This document shows, one piece after another, positions 45,729-54,004 of a stretch of 64,000 nucleotides of DNA; position 1 is the stretch's first letter; the number at the start of each line of letters is the position of its first letter. The notes beneath the pieces were generated by a model. That model did no database searches and was not told the origin of the DNA. It worked only from the letters and a program-made list of their open reading frames with translations. The position numbers were made by a program, and so were the translations under genes. The stretch is from positions 186,001 to 250,000 of the IMG/VR virus record IMGVR_UViG_3300034072_001021; one strand, written 5' to 3'.

Positions 45729-45905
45729 ATGACCACCACTGTACGAGTTGAAGCTCACTGCGCTAACAACAAGCAAGTTGTCGTGACCATCCAGAACCGT
45801 GTTTCCGGTGAGGTGCATGAAACGTTCATCTTGCAGGACGGTGAAAAAGCTGATCGCGTTGTCTACGACGATCGTCAGCTGCTGACCCATGAAGAATTGA
45901 AGTAA
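45729..45905 (+). CDS. 58-aa small phage protein
   Basis: MTTTVRVEAHCANNKQVV...; gag RBS; too short for the ORF track. Confidence 0.65.
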   Translation: MTTTVRVEAHCANNKQVVVTIQNRVSGEVHETFILQDGEKADRVVYDDRQLLTHEELK

Positions 45906-45912
45906 AAGTTTT

Positions 45913-46115
45913 GGGATCTTAGCATAGTCCTGTGGGCTTTTGACACGGGGTGGTTAATGCGCCTTGCGGTACTCTTATCGGTGTATAGGGCAGTAGCGCA
46001 TGTGGGTGGTTCTGCATGTTAGCGAAATCCCACAAGACCAGTGGGTTAATCAGGAATCCGAACGGTAAGAAAAGACGCAAAGGAGAAGGGGGTTCGAATC
46101 CTCAATTTCCCGCCA
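45913..46115 (+). ncRNA. 203-nt expanded tRNA-like RNA D with encoded CCA
   Basis: tRNA 5' end GGGATCT-TA-GCAT, hairpin inserted in the D loop, ~95-nt variable region, GGTTCGAATCC T arm, ATTTCCC-G-CCA. Confidence 0.65.
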
Positions 46116-46330
46116 AACACGCCTCCTCAGAAGGGAGCTAGCCGCCTCCGAGGTCCATCCGGAGGAGGGTTCGATGTGTAACACCCAGATGGACTGTTGT
46201 ACGATCTGGACATGTACCAGCCGCAGCAAGTGACTACGGTTGAAGCAGTAACCGAAACAAGCCTCTGACTCCCTGCTGGTCAAACCGGCAGGGAGTTATG
46301 CTCCTATTCCATAAACGCAAGGGGTAAACC

Positions 46331-46711
46331 ATGAATATCCAACACATTCGTCAAATCCACAAGAAAGATGTACATGCACTGTATATCTGGAACGGGGATA
46401 CCGTATCCATGCTGGAGAATAACATCTCCGTCCAAGTCTATGTCAACGAGACCCCCATCGAAATCGACAGTGATTCTGTCATGATCAACGATGATGGCTC
46501 TGGTTACATTTTCAACGTCCGCTCCAATGATGTTGAGTGGCTGAAAACCTACGTAAAGGAAATGTTCCCTCATTTGATCGATGTAGGTCACCCCGTCGTA
46601 GATGGTGAAATATTCGATACGTGGTTTGCTTTCGTGGATGAACGTGGCGCCAAGGTCATCAACAACGATGACGCTGGCTGCACCATCGTGCAGTGGCCTG
46701 CCAATGGCTAA
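46331..46711 (+). CDS. hypothetical protein
   Basis: 126 aa with an RBS. Confidence 0.75.
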   Translation: MNIQHIRQIHKKDVHALYIWNGDTVSMLENNISVQVYVNETPIEIDSDSVMINDDGSGYIFNVRSNDVEWLKTYVKEMFPHLIDVGHPVVDGEIFDTWFAFVDERGAKVINNDDAGCTIVQWPANG

Positions 46712-46895
46712 GGATCGTTTCTCCGAAAGTACGGAAAGCATCTACCGCAACAGCCGGTACGTAGTCTCTCGCGAATTCGGTATAGCACCGAATGGCAATC
46801 GTTTCAACGGCATGTGGGTAGTACGTGATATCAAGACTGGCGAGTACGTTGAGCATTCCGCTCATCGACACGACATGCTTGAGAAGTACGTATGA
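46704..46895 (+). CDS. hypothetical small protein
   Basis: 63 aa from ATG 46704, coupled to the previous gene. Confidence 0.6.
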   Translation: MAKDRFSESTESIYRNSRYVVSREFGIAPNGNRFNGMWVVRDIKTGEYVEHSAHRHDMLEKYV

Positions 46896-46965
46896 GGGGA
46901 GGAGGGCGATCCCTCCTCTTCTTTTTTGCCTGATTCTTATGACATTAACCAACTTGGTCACTGCT

Positions 46966-47532
46966 ATGATTTCGATGGAAGCAGCAAAGAAAGAATGGCA
47001 TCCTGAGTTCACTCCTTCCTTTACTCCGGAGGAGATGCTCAAGATGGGTGTCTTCGAAGGCAAGTACATCAATATCATCAAGGGTATCCCTAGCTCGTGG
47101 AAGAAACTTCCTAAAGTCGTAGGCCCGAAGGATGAAGCTGATGTGGAGCTGAACTACTATAAGATCAAGTCACGTCAGCCTCTGTCTGTCTGGAAGAAGA
47201 ACGGATGGATCATGACGGATGAAGGCGGATGGTTCCATTGGTACTGTCTCTACTATCTGGGTCGTCGTCTCGGCAAAGAAGATGACACTCAGGTAGGGCG
47301 CTGGAAGAGCTTTGTGGCACGTCACATGGGTCAAGTCAAAGCCAGTTGCCGCCTCAACGATGAGAAGTGCCATACTAAGCAACGTCAAGGTCTTCTTCAG
47401 TGGGCTTGGGATTCGACCACGGCGTTCACTGATGAACAACGTGAGAAGAACCTCAAGCGTATGCTGAAGCTGACAGGAACATCTCTACCAGAAGTATCTC
47501 AGGAAAGCTTACCGCCTTCCTTCAGATGGTGA
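46966..47532 (+). CDS. conserved jumbo-phage protein (F.P..TP.EML..GVFEGKY...GWF.WYC.YY.GRR family)
   Basis: Motif pattern recalled from large-virus hypothetical proteins. Confidence 0.8.
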   Translation: MISMEAAKKEWHPEFTPSFTPEEMLKMGVFEGKYINIIKGIPSSWKKLPKVVGPKDEADVELNYYKIKSRQPLSVWKKNGWIMTDEGGWFHWYCLYYLGRRLGKEDDTQVGRWKSFVARHMGQVKASCRLNDEKCHTKQRQGLLQWAWDSTTAFTDEQREKNLKRMLKLTGTSLPEVSQESLPPSFRW

Positions 47533-47570
47533 CATAATGAGAGGAGGGCATCTGCCCTCCTCTCTATGCC
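47533..47570. terminator. Bidirectional GCATAG-family hairpin
   Basis: 12-bp stem, with GGCATAGAG on the minus strand, between convergent genes. Confidence 0.75.
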
Positions 47571-47571
47571 G

Positions 47572-47925
47572 TTACGATTTGACTTCAGGTTCTTCTTTCT
47601 TGTGCTCACGACGATCTTGGATCACAGTAGGTTTACCACTGAATGCCACACCCGTCAGTATTGCACCAAAACTCAAATGGAATAGACCACCTCCAGACAA
47701 CGTGTACGGCTGATACTGCCGATACATGTATTCGTAGAGAAGGTTCTTGAGCGCAGGTTCTAATCCATTGGTCATCGTGATGAAGTCAGCCACAGGCTCA
47801 CGATGCCAACCTATCCAGCTTGGATATATAACGAAATCAAAAACACAGATGACGGTATAGATAAGAGCACACGCCGGTTTCCAGTTATCCATCATCCATT
47901 TAAACATAACTGCTATCCGATTCAT
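47572..47925 (-). CDS. GTA_holin_3TM-like holin candidate
   Basis: WKP...Y..IC.FDF..YP...YQP.TL.GGGLFHLSFGAIL family signature. Confidence 0.7.
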   Translation of the reverse strand: MNRIAVMFKWMMDNWKPACALIYTVICVFDFVIYPSWIGWHREPVADFITMTNGLEPALKNLLYEYMYRQYQPYTLSGGGLFHLSFGAILTGVAFSGKPTVIQDRREHKKEEPEVKS

Positions 47926-48038
47926 GGTTGTGGTCTCGACTGTAGAGTCATAGGATCTGGTTAACTCAATCGTCTAATCAAACTTATTTTAACAGCACAT
48001 GATGAACTTGAATAACAAGCCATAAGGTGGAGGAACTA

Positions 48039-48656
48039 ATGCTGAGTCAACGGAAGGTTGAGCAAGTACTTGCCAACCAGAGCAGTATCGCTCGGAAGCT
48101 TTACGAAATCATGACGGTCGATCAGAAATGGAGCGTCCATCAGGTCTTGATCGAGTTCAAAAACGTTCACGGCAATATGCCAGAACGTAAGGTGATGTCG
48201 GGCTGCCTGAACGACCTTACCGACTCAGGCCTGCTGAAACGCAGTGGAGCCGACCTGTACAGCAAAACACCTACCCGTAAGCCGTCTGTTTCTAAAGACA
48301 TGGTAGCCAAGGTAGCCGACCCCATTGCTGTCAGTTCCCGCGCGCCGGTGGTGGCAGCTACTCCCAAACCGACTGTCTCCAAACCTGCAGCACCTGTCAT
48401 CCCACATTCCACTGTTCCTAAAGAGGTTCCCATGGTCTCGAAGCCAGCATCCACTGCAAAACAAGTCAACAAAGATCCGCTGGAAGTATTGGCAGGTCTG
48501 GTCAACGAAGCTCTGGAAGCCAGCAATAAACTGGTAACCATGGCGGCTGCTCTGGAGAGTGTGTCCTTGGAGCTGAAAGCCGAGCGTGAAAAGACCAAGG
48601 CATACTCCGAGAAGATCCAGCGTCTCGATGCCTTGCTGGCCGAGTTCAAGTCGTAA
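48039..48656 (+). CDS. hypothetical protein (winged-helix-like N-terminus, P/A/K linker, coiled-coil C-terminus)
   Basis: ggagg RBS; composition-based domain reading. Confidence 0.75.
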   Translation: MLSQRKVEQVLANQSSIARKLYEIMTVDQKWSVHQVLIEFKNVHGNMPERKVMSGCLNDLTDSGLLKRSGADLYSKTPTRKPSVSKDMVAKVADPIAVSSRAPVVAATPKPTVSKPAAPVIPHSTVPKEVPMVSKPASTAKQVNKDPLEVLAGLVNEALEASNKLVTMAAALESVSLELKAEREKTKAYSEKIQRLDALLAEFKS

Positions 48657-48711
48657 TACCGAGGAGGGCGGGATATCCCGCCCTCCCTTATTACGTACCC
48701 TTATTTTTTTA

Positions 48712-48738
48712 TTCGAATTTATTTCAACAATACATGAT
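48712..48738 (+). promoter_or_regulatory. TTCGAA-N12-ATACATGAT motif
   Basis: Variant copy; spacer identical to the 32840 copy. Confidence 0.65.
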
Positions 48739-48775
48739 GCTGGTGAACAATCCCCGATGATCTAAGGAGATCACA

Positions 48776-49516
48776 ATGTACAACCAAAACGAATTTGAGA
48801 TCAACGAACACGGTAACGTGATCGTGACCCTTGAAGAAGGCGCAGAAGTGAACTACGGTCGTCTGCGACTCATCACTTCTGAGTCAGGCCGGATGCTGGT
48901 TACGGATCTTCGTAACTATGGTGACGTAGTGGAGATCTTCGGATCTGAAAGCCTGTCTATGGAACTGTTCGATGGGCGCGCCAACTTCAAACTGACTATC
49001 CAGGTCGGTGATGAAGGGTTGGCGGGTACCTTCCGTTTCTGGCCAGTGGTCAATGAAGACGTCGATCCTCTCTGCCGACTGTTTGCTGTGCAAACAGGTA
49101 AGCGAGTGACGGTCGAATCGATGGCAAGGATTCTTGCTGCGTACGAAGGCTGGGATCGTGGACAGGAAAGTGTGGAGAAGTCACATGGACTCGACAACTA
49201 TTACGAAGGAATCGACCCCGACGTAATTGAAGCTACCACCTGGCCACGCATCGAGATGACATTCGACCTGGCTAAAGCGATCCTTGCCGAAAGCATCCGT
49301 GATGAACTTCGCGATCATGCATTCGGTGATAAGGAACTCTACTGGCGCAATAAGTACGGTCATCTCATAGCCACTGGCTATTACGGTCGAGATTCTACTG
49401 ACTGTGCCATGGCCGGGTTTGATGTTCATTTCGATGGTGTCGAAGCTCGCGAGTTAGTGGGTCTTGGTACGTTGGGAGACGTTGAACGCAATGATTCGTT
49501 GGATGACAACGAGTAA
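48776..49516 (+). CDS. hypothetical protein
   Basis: 246 aa, aaggag RBS. Confidence 0.8.
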   Translation: MYNQNEFEINEHGNVIVTLEEGAEVNYGRLRLITSESGRMLVTDLRNYGDVVEIFGSESLSMELFDGRANFKLTIQVGDEGLAGTFRFWPVVNEDVDPLCRLFAVQTGKRVTVESMARILAAYEGWDRGQESVEKSHGLDNYYEGIDPDVIEATTWPRIEMTFDLAKAILAESIRDELRDHAFGDKELYWRNKYGHLIATGYYGRDSTDCAMAGFDVHFDGVEARELVGLGTLGDVERNDSLDDNE

Positions 49517-49571
49517 GTAATAACTCGGGGTCGATATCGACCCCGATTACCCTTAGACCTGAGGAGGTCAC

Positions 49572-49979
49572 ATGTCTCAACAAGCAATTATCTATGCACA
49601 GGCTCTTAACTTCACATGCACAATCGAAGATAAGAAAGTGTTCATTACTGCACTGGCGTTCTCGCTGTGCATTTTGTTGATCAGTATGCTCGCGACATCC
49701 TATTGGAAAGGCACCCCTAAAGGTGCTTTCAGTCGCATCAACCTGATCACCATGTTCTTCTGTATCCTTGGCACCGGTTTCTACCTGCAAGACCAAGATC
49801 GGGTATGTGAGTTCGCTCTCATTAACGAGAAAGGCACATGGATGCAAAAGGATGTTCGTACGATGTTCAGGCCATTTGAAGGAGTTCAATTGATCCTGAT
49901 TTACGACGAGCATGACAAACGGTGGGTGGCAACACCACCTGTCGATAAACTCCTGATGTCTCCGACGAACGGTCGTTGA
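49572..49979 (+). CDS. membrane protein (2 TM segments)
   Basis: gaggagg RBS; two hydrophobic stretches. Confidence 0.7.
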   Translation: MSQQAIIYAQALNFTCTIEDKKVFITALAFSLCILLISMLATSYWKGTPKGAFSRINLITMFFCILGTGFYLQDQDRVCEFALINEKGTWMQKDVRTMFRPFEGVQLILIYDEHDKRWVATPPVDKLLMSPTNGR

Positions 49980-50057
49980 CAAGCAATGGAGTTGCTGTAA
50001 AATGGAGCATGGATGAGAATTATCTCATCCATGTAAAATCAATCTAACGGAGAAATT

Positions 50058-50264
50058 ATGAAGAATGGTAAAAAGAAGAACGGCAAAGCCGTAATCAAGG
50101 AAGAAAAACAAGTAGCTAAAAAGCTAGTGCGTAAGGTCAAGAAATTGATCGTCAAACACAAATGGAAGATAACCAAGTTTGCAGTGATGGGGGTTTACAG
50201 AAATTGGGACGTCATAGAACCGCAACTTGCAATATGGATGGAGGTCATCAAGACTCTGTTCTAA
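50058..50264 (+). CDS. small basic protein
   Basis: 68 aa, Lys-rich, ggag RBS. Confidence 0.6.
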   Translation: MKNGKKKNGKAVIKEEKQVAKKLVRKVKKLIVKHKWKITKFAVMGVYRNWDVIEPQLAIWMEVIKTLF

Positions 50265-50335
50265 TGGAAACAACATAGTGACCACTGCAGAGGTTAGCGC
50301 CTCTGCAGTGGTCTACTGTGCTTTTTTCTTTTTTG

Positions 50336-52060
50336 TTACGCCACGTTTTTCAGTTCATCATTGAACAGTTCGAGCAGTTCGAAAGGATCAGGTGCCTTCA
50401 TGACTTCGGTCATGATCTCAATTGAGTTCACAGGCCCACCAGTCAAGTTAACACCCACCAACCGTTGTTTGCTAGGTGTCACACCTGCGATACGACACAC
50501 CTCGTACATGGTGGTCATCTTCGACAGGTTCATGATGATCTCGCCGTTTGGATACGTCGAACCGATGTCGGCGTCGGACGTATAACGACGTACGAAACTG
50601 TGCACGGTGGGGAGGTCCCTTACCATGCAAATGCCATTTCGTTCCACACTGTGCGTTGGTAGTGTGACGATCCACTCATCCTTACCCAGCAGCAGGTTAT
50701 CCAATTCATCGCTCATGCGATCGCTGAGAGTGCCTGCAACCATGCCATCCTTAAGCATGTCGAAGTAGAACGCATTGACGTTACGCTTCGGGTTGGAGTT
50801 GAAGATACTGTACTCGGACGACTCAGACAGAATACTGATCTGAGTGTTGAGGTCGGTGACCTTCTCATCCAGCATTTCCACACTAATACAGTCGTATACG
50901 TTATAGACTACGTAGTTGACTTTGTAGTCCTTCTGCATCTGCATGTGCCATTCGACACTACCAGGGTGCGCAGACGAATCACCAGTAGGGAAGTAGAGTT
51001 TGCCCCATTCCTCACCTAAGTTCTTCTTCAGGATTGCATCCAGAGCGTAGCTAGGCTCCTTACCCTTAGCACGACGGATATTACGGTAAACCGCAGCCGA
51101 GTCAATCCAGATGTGCGAGGACGGAGTATCGACCACATGCCAACGGTCGTACCATGCCAAGTTCTCTGACTTACCGTCAGCTTTCACTTTCTGGTCAGGA
51201 CCACGACGGTAATGGAAGTTACGGAACTCCCGTGGCACTGAAGGATCAGAGAAGACATCGGCCAGGTTGTAACCACCACGTTCCAGCTCACGGATCATGA
51301 CGGTCATGTCGAAGTCCATGTTCCAGAAGCTAACGAAGTCAGGCTTCCAGTCATGGCATCGATCGATACACCGCTTGATCATATCGCCACCAGACTTCAT
51401 GATGACGATCTCGAACTCCACGCCACGTGGTTTGACGATGTGACCTAGATACTGGTTCAGAGCGTTCTTGATGGTGTTGATCGGATCGGGAATACCTTCG
51501 ATCCAGGTATCAAGAATAGTCACAACCGCCTTGTTCTTGAACGTGACGGTCGAAATGATCACATCTTTACCGTCACCGTTCCACATGTCGGTTTCGGTGT
51601 CGAGTACGGCCACTTGGTTGTGCTTGAACAGACCTGGCCATTTCTCTTGATACTGGCGCTTGATCAGTGTTGCAGGAGAGATGTCGGCACCGTAGATGTA
51701 TTGATTACGGCACAGGGTCTTCAACTGCTGATTGGGGTTACCATATCCCAGGCGCTTGACGATGCTCTTGTTCAGATCGCGCTGAGTGCTTTCGCACTTC
51801 AGTAGACGATCTTCATACTCGACTTCTTTTTTGTCGGTATGGTTGCGGTATTTTTCTTTTGTGATCCAGAACGGCCGAGGGCGGTTCTTGTAGAAGCGTA
51901 GGCGTGGAACTGTAGTACCGTCTTTAAGGTGAACAATTTCCTTGACGGTTAGAAGGTCATCGGAGTCGTTGAGTGCATGTGTCGAGTAGATCGCGTGCTT
52001 ACATTCAATTCCCAAAATGTCCTCTTGGGAGATCTTTGGTGCAACCGATGTTTCAGACAT
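50336..52060 (-). CDS. DNA polymerase 3'-5' exonuclease half (phiKZ gp82-like)
   Basis: ExoI LDTETD, ExoII FWNMDFD, ExoIII YNVYDC; C-terminal SDADIGSTYP PolB motif A. Confidence 0.9.
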   Translation of the reverse strand: MSETSVAPKISQEDILGIECKHAIYSTHALNDSDDLLTVKEIVHLKDGTTVPRLRFYKNRPRPFWITKEKYRNHTDKKEVEYEDRLLKCESTQRDLNKSIVKRLGYGNPNQQLKTLCRNQYIYGADISPATLIKRQYQEKWPGLFKHNQVAVLDTETDMWNGDGKDVIISTVTFKNKAVVTILDTWIEGIPDPINTIKNALNQYLGHIVKPRGVEFEIVIMKSGGDMIKRCIDRCHDWKPDFVSFWNMDFDMTVMIRELERGGYNLADVFSDPSVPREFRNFHYRRGPDQKVKADGKSENLAWYDRWHVVDTPSSHIWIDSAAVYRNIRRAKGKEPSYALDAILKKNLGEEWGKLYFPTGDSSAHPGSVEWHMQMQKDYKVNYVVYNVYDCISVEMLDEKVTDLNTQISILSESSEYSIFNSNPKRNVNAFYFDMLKDGMVAGTLSDRMSDELDNLLLGKDEWIVTLPTHSVERNGICMVRDLPTVHSFVRRYTSDADIGSTYPNGEIIMNLSKMTTMYEVCRIAGVTPSKQRLVGVNLTGGPVNSIEIMTEVMKAPDPFELLELFNDELKNVA

Positions 52061-52187
52061 GTTCGTTCCTTTACAGAATTCTTTTCAGAGCTAAACCTCT
52101 AGGCAAATTATAATGCCGACCAGTAACAATTTACACCAATCTCTATGATTGGTCCTTACGCCACACCCTCCATAAAGAGATTCTGTC

Positions 52188-53519
52188 ATGAACAAAGCCC
52201 TTCAGGCATCGATGGAAGCCATCGATTTTCAGCGTAACTCTACGCTGATTAAAGAACTCGCCATGCAGTTCGATTCGGCAATGAAAAATCCGACCACCGA
52301 AGTCATCAAATCGATCGCTCCGGCTCTCGAGAAGATTGCGAACAAGCACACTGGCATGAAGTTCCGCTTCAACTTCGTTCGTGGCGACGGACACAATGCT
52401 TTCGTTATCCCGCCACAAGCTGACCAGGCCAACCCCATGCGCCCTGATGCAGTCGCTGAGCGTGTTCGTCGACTGGGTCGTCCTGCTTCTGAACAAGAAC
52501 TGTTCAAGGGCACTGTCGACATCAAGACGGGTAAGGTGAGCGGTATCTATTCCGAGATCCCGGTAGACATCTTCCTGGCTGTTGAATTCTTCAATGGTTC
52601 TCTGGGCCAGAATTTCAATGGCGAACACCTGGCTGCGATTACCGCCCATGAAATGGGTCATGGTTTCGGTTATTTGCGTTATCTCGGTCAGATGGTGATC
52701 AGTAACGTGGTGGTCGCCGAGATTGCCCGTCGTCAACACGAAGGTACCGACAACAAGATCGTGCAAGAAGTCGTCAAGGTAGCCGAACAGAAGACTGGCT
52801 GGCGCCTGCGTGATCTGGGCACTATCAATCGTGATACCGATCCTCTGGTCATCCAGCAGATCGTCATGGCAGGTATGGTCGAGAGCATTCGTTCCGAGAT
52901 GGGAACCAAGTTCTACGATCGTCGTGCGTTCGAGTTCACAGCTGATCAGTTCGTGGCTCGTCATGGCGGTGCTGCTCTCATCGTAGAAGCTCTCGATGCG
53001 CTGTACAAGTACTATCCGGGCGGCATTCGCGAATATCGCGGTCGTACGTCGAACATCATGGCGTCAATCACTGGCTACTGCATGTTGCTCGTCAGCACTC
53101 TGGGTACTGGCGTCGGTGTAGCTGCCATGGGTCTCATCAACCCAGTAGCGGGTGCCACACTGTTGATTTACAGTGTCCTGGGCGTCGTAGTCACACTCTT
53201 CGGTAACGTCGATGACGGTATCTATGACCCGATTCCCAAGCGATTCGCTGCCATGCGTCGTGAACTGATCGCTTCCTCCAAGGATCAGAACCTCACCACT
53301 GCTCAGCGCGCCGAAATCATTCGTCAGATCGAGTCTATCGACAACATCCTGGACAAGATGACGGACAAGTCCTACTTCGGTCCGCAACTCATCGGCGAAT
53401 GGCTGGTGGGTGTGTTCACAGGCCGTCCTGCTGAACAGAAGTTTCAACGTATGCTCGAAGAGCTGGTCAACAACCGCCTCTACGAAATGTCCAACAAACT
53501 CCAAGCTAAAACGGTGTAA
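52188..53519 (+). CDS. virion head protein with HExxH metallopeptidase motif
   Basis: AHEMGH plus downstream EFTAD; N-terminal ASME cleavage-type site. Confidence 0.8.
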   Translation: MNKALQASMEAIDFQRNSTLIKELAMQFDSAMKNPTTEVIKSIAPALEKIANKHTGMKFRFNFVRGDGHNAFVIPPQADQANPMRPDAVAERVRRLGRPASEQELFKGTVDIKTGKVSGIYSEIPVDIFLAVEFFNGSLGQNFNGEHLAAITAHEMGHGFGYLRYLGQMVISNVVVAEIARRQHEGTDNKIVQEVVKVAEQKTGWRLRDLGTINRDTDPLVIQQIVMAGMVESIRSEMGTKFYDRRAFEFTADQFVARHGGAALIVEALDALYKYYPGGIREYRGRTSNIMASITGYCMLLVSTLGTGVGVAAMGLINPVAGATLLIYSVLGVVVTLFGNVDDGIYDPIPKRFAAMRRELIASSKDQNLTTAQRAEIIRQIESIDNILDKMTDKSYFGPQLIGEWLVGVFTGRPAEQKFQRMLEELVNNRLYEMSNKLQAKTV

Positions 53520-53521
53520 GC

Positions 53522-53956
53522 ATGAACATCCAGAAACTGCTGCAAATCCTCGATACCTGCGAGAAGCCCGAACTGCGTAAGGCTTTCCTGGAATCGACCC
53601 TGGCCATCGAGCTGGGCTACTCGGTGACCTTGCCTTCTTCCAAAGTGGAATCGGTGGTGGCTTATTTCGAGCAGTTCCATGCCGAAGCTGTCAAGCGTGT
53701 CATCGGCGAAATGAACGAGATGTATCCGATCGCCGTGAACGTGGTGTACAACATGGCTGTGGACGTGTTCCGCAACCGCTACGCCATCTGCCACGAGCCG
53801 ATGCTCCTGAGCTGTGAAGACATCGCCGCTCAACTGTCCCGCCCGGCCTTCGCTGCATCGGTAGATGCTGCACATGCTGAAGCTGTCCTGTGCAAGAACT
53901 CCTCGCTCCTGCGCAGTGACATCGGCCAGTTCATCCGCCGGTTCATCACTCAGTAA
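53522..53956 (+). CDS. probable virion protein
   Basis: 144 aa in the structural operon. Confidence 0.75.
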   Translation: MNIQKLLQILDTCEKPELRKAFLESTLAIELGYSVTLPSSKVESVVAYFEQFHAEAVKRVIGEMNEMYPIAVNVVYNMAVDVFRNRYAICHEPMLLSCEDIAAQLSRPAFAASVDAAHAEAVLCKNSSLLRSDIGQFIRRFITQ

Positions 53957-54004
53957 TAGCCGTGTAGGGGAGCTAAGGCTCCCCTGCCTATTTGGAGATT
54001 GTCA

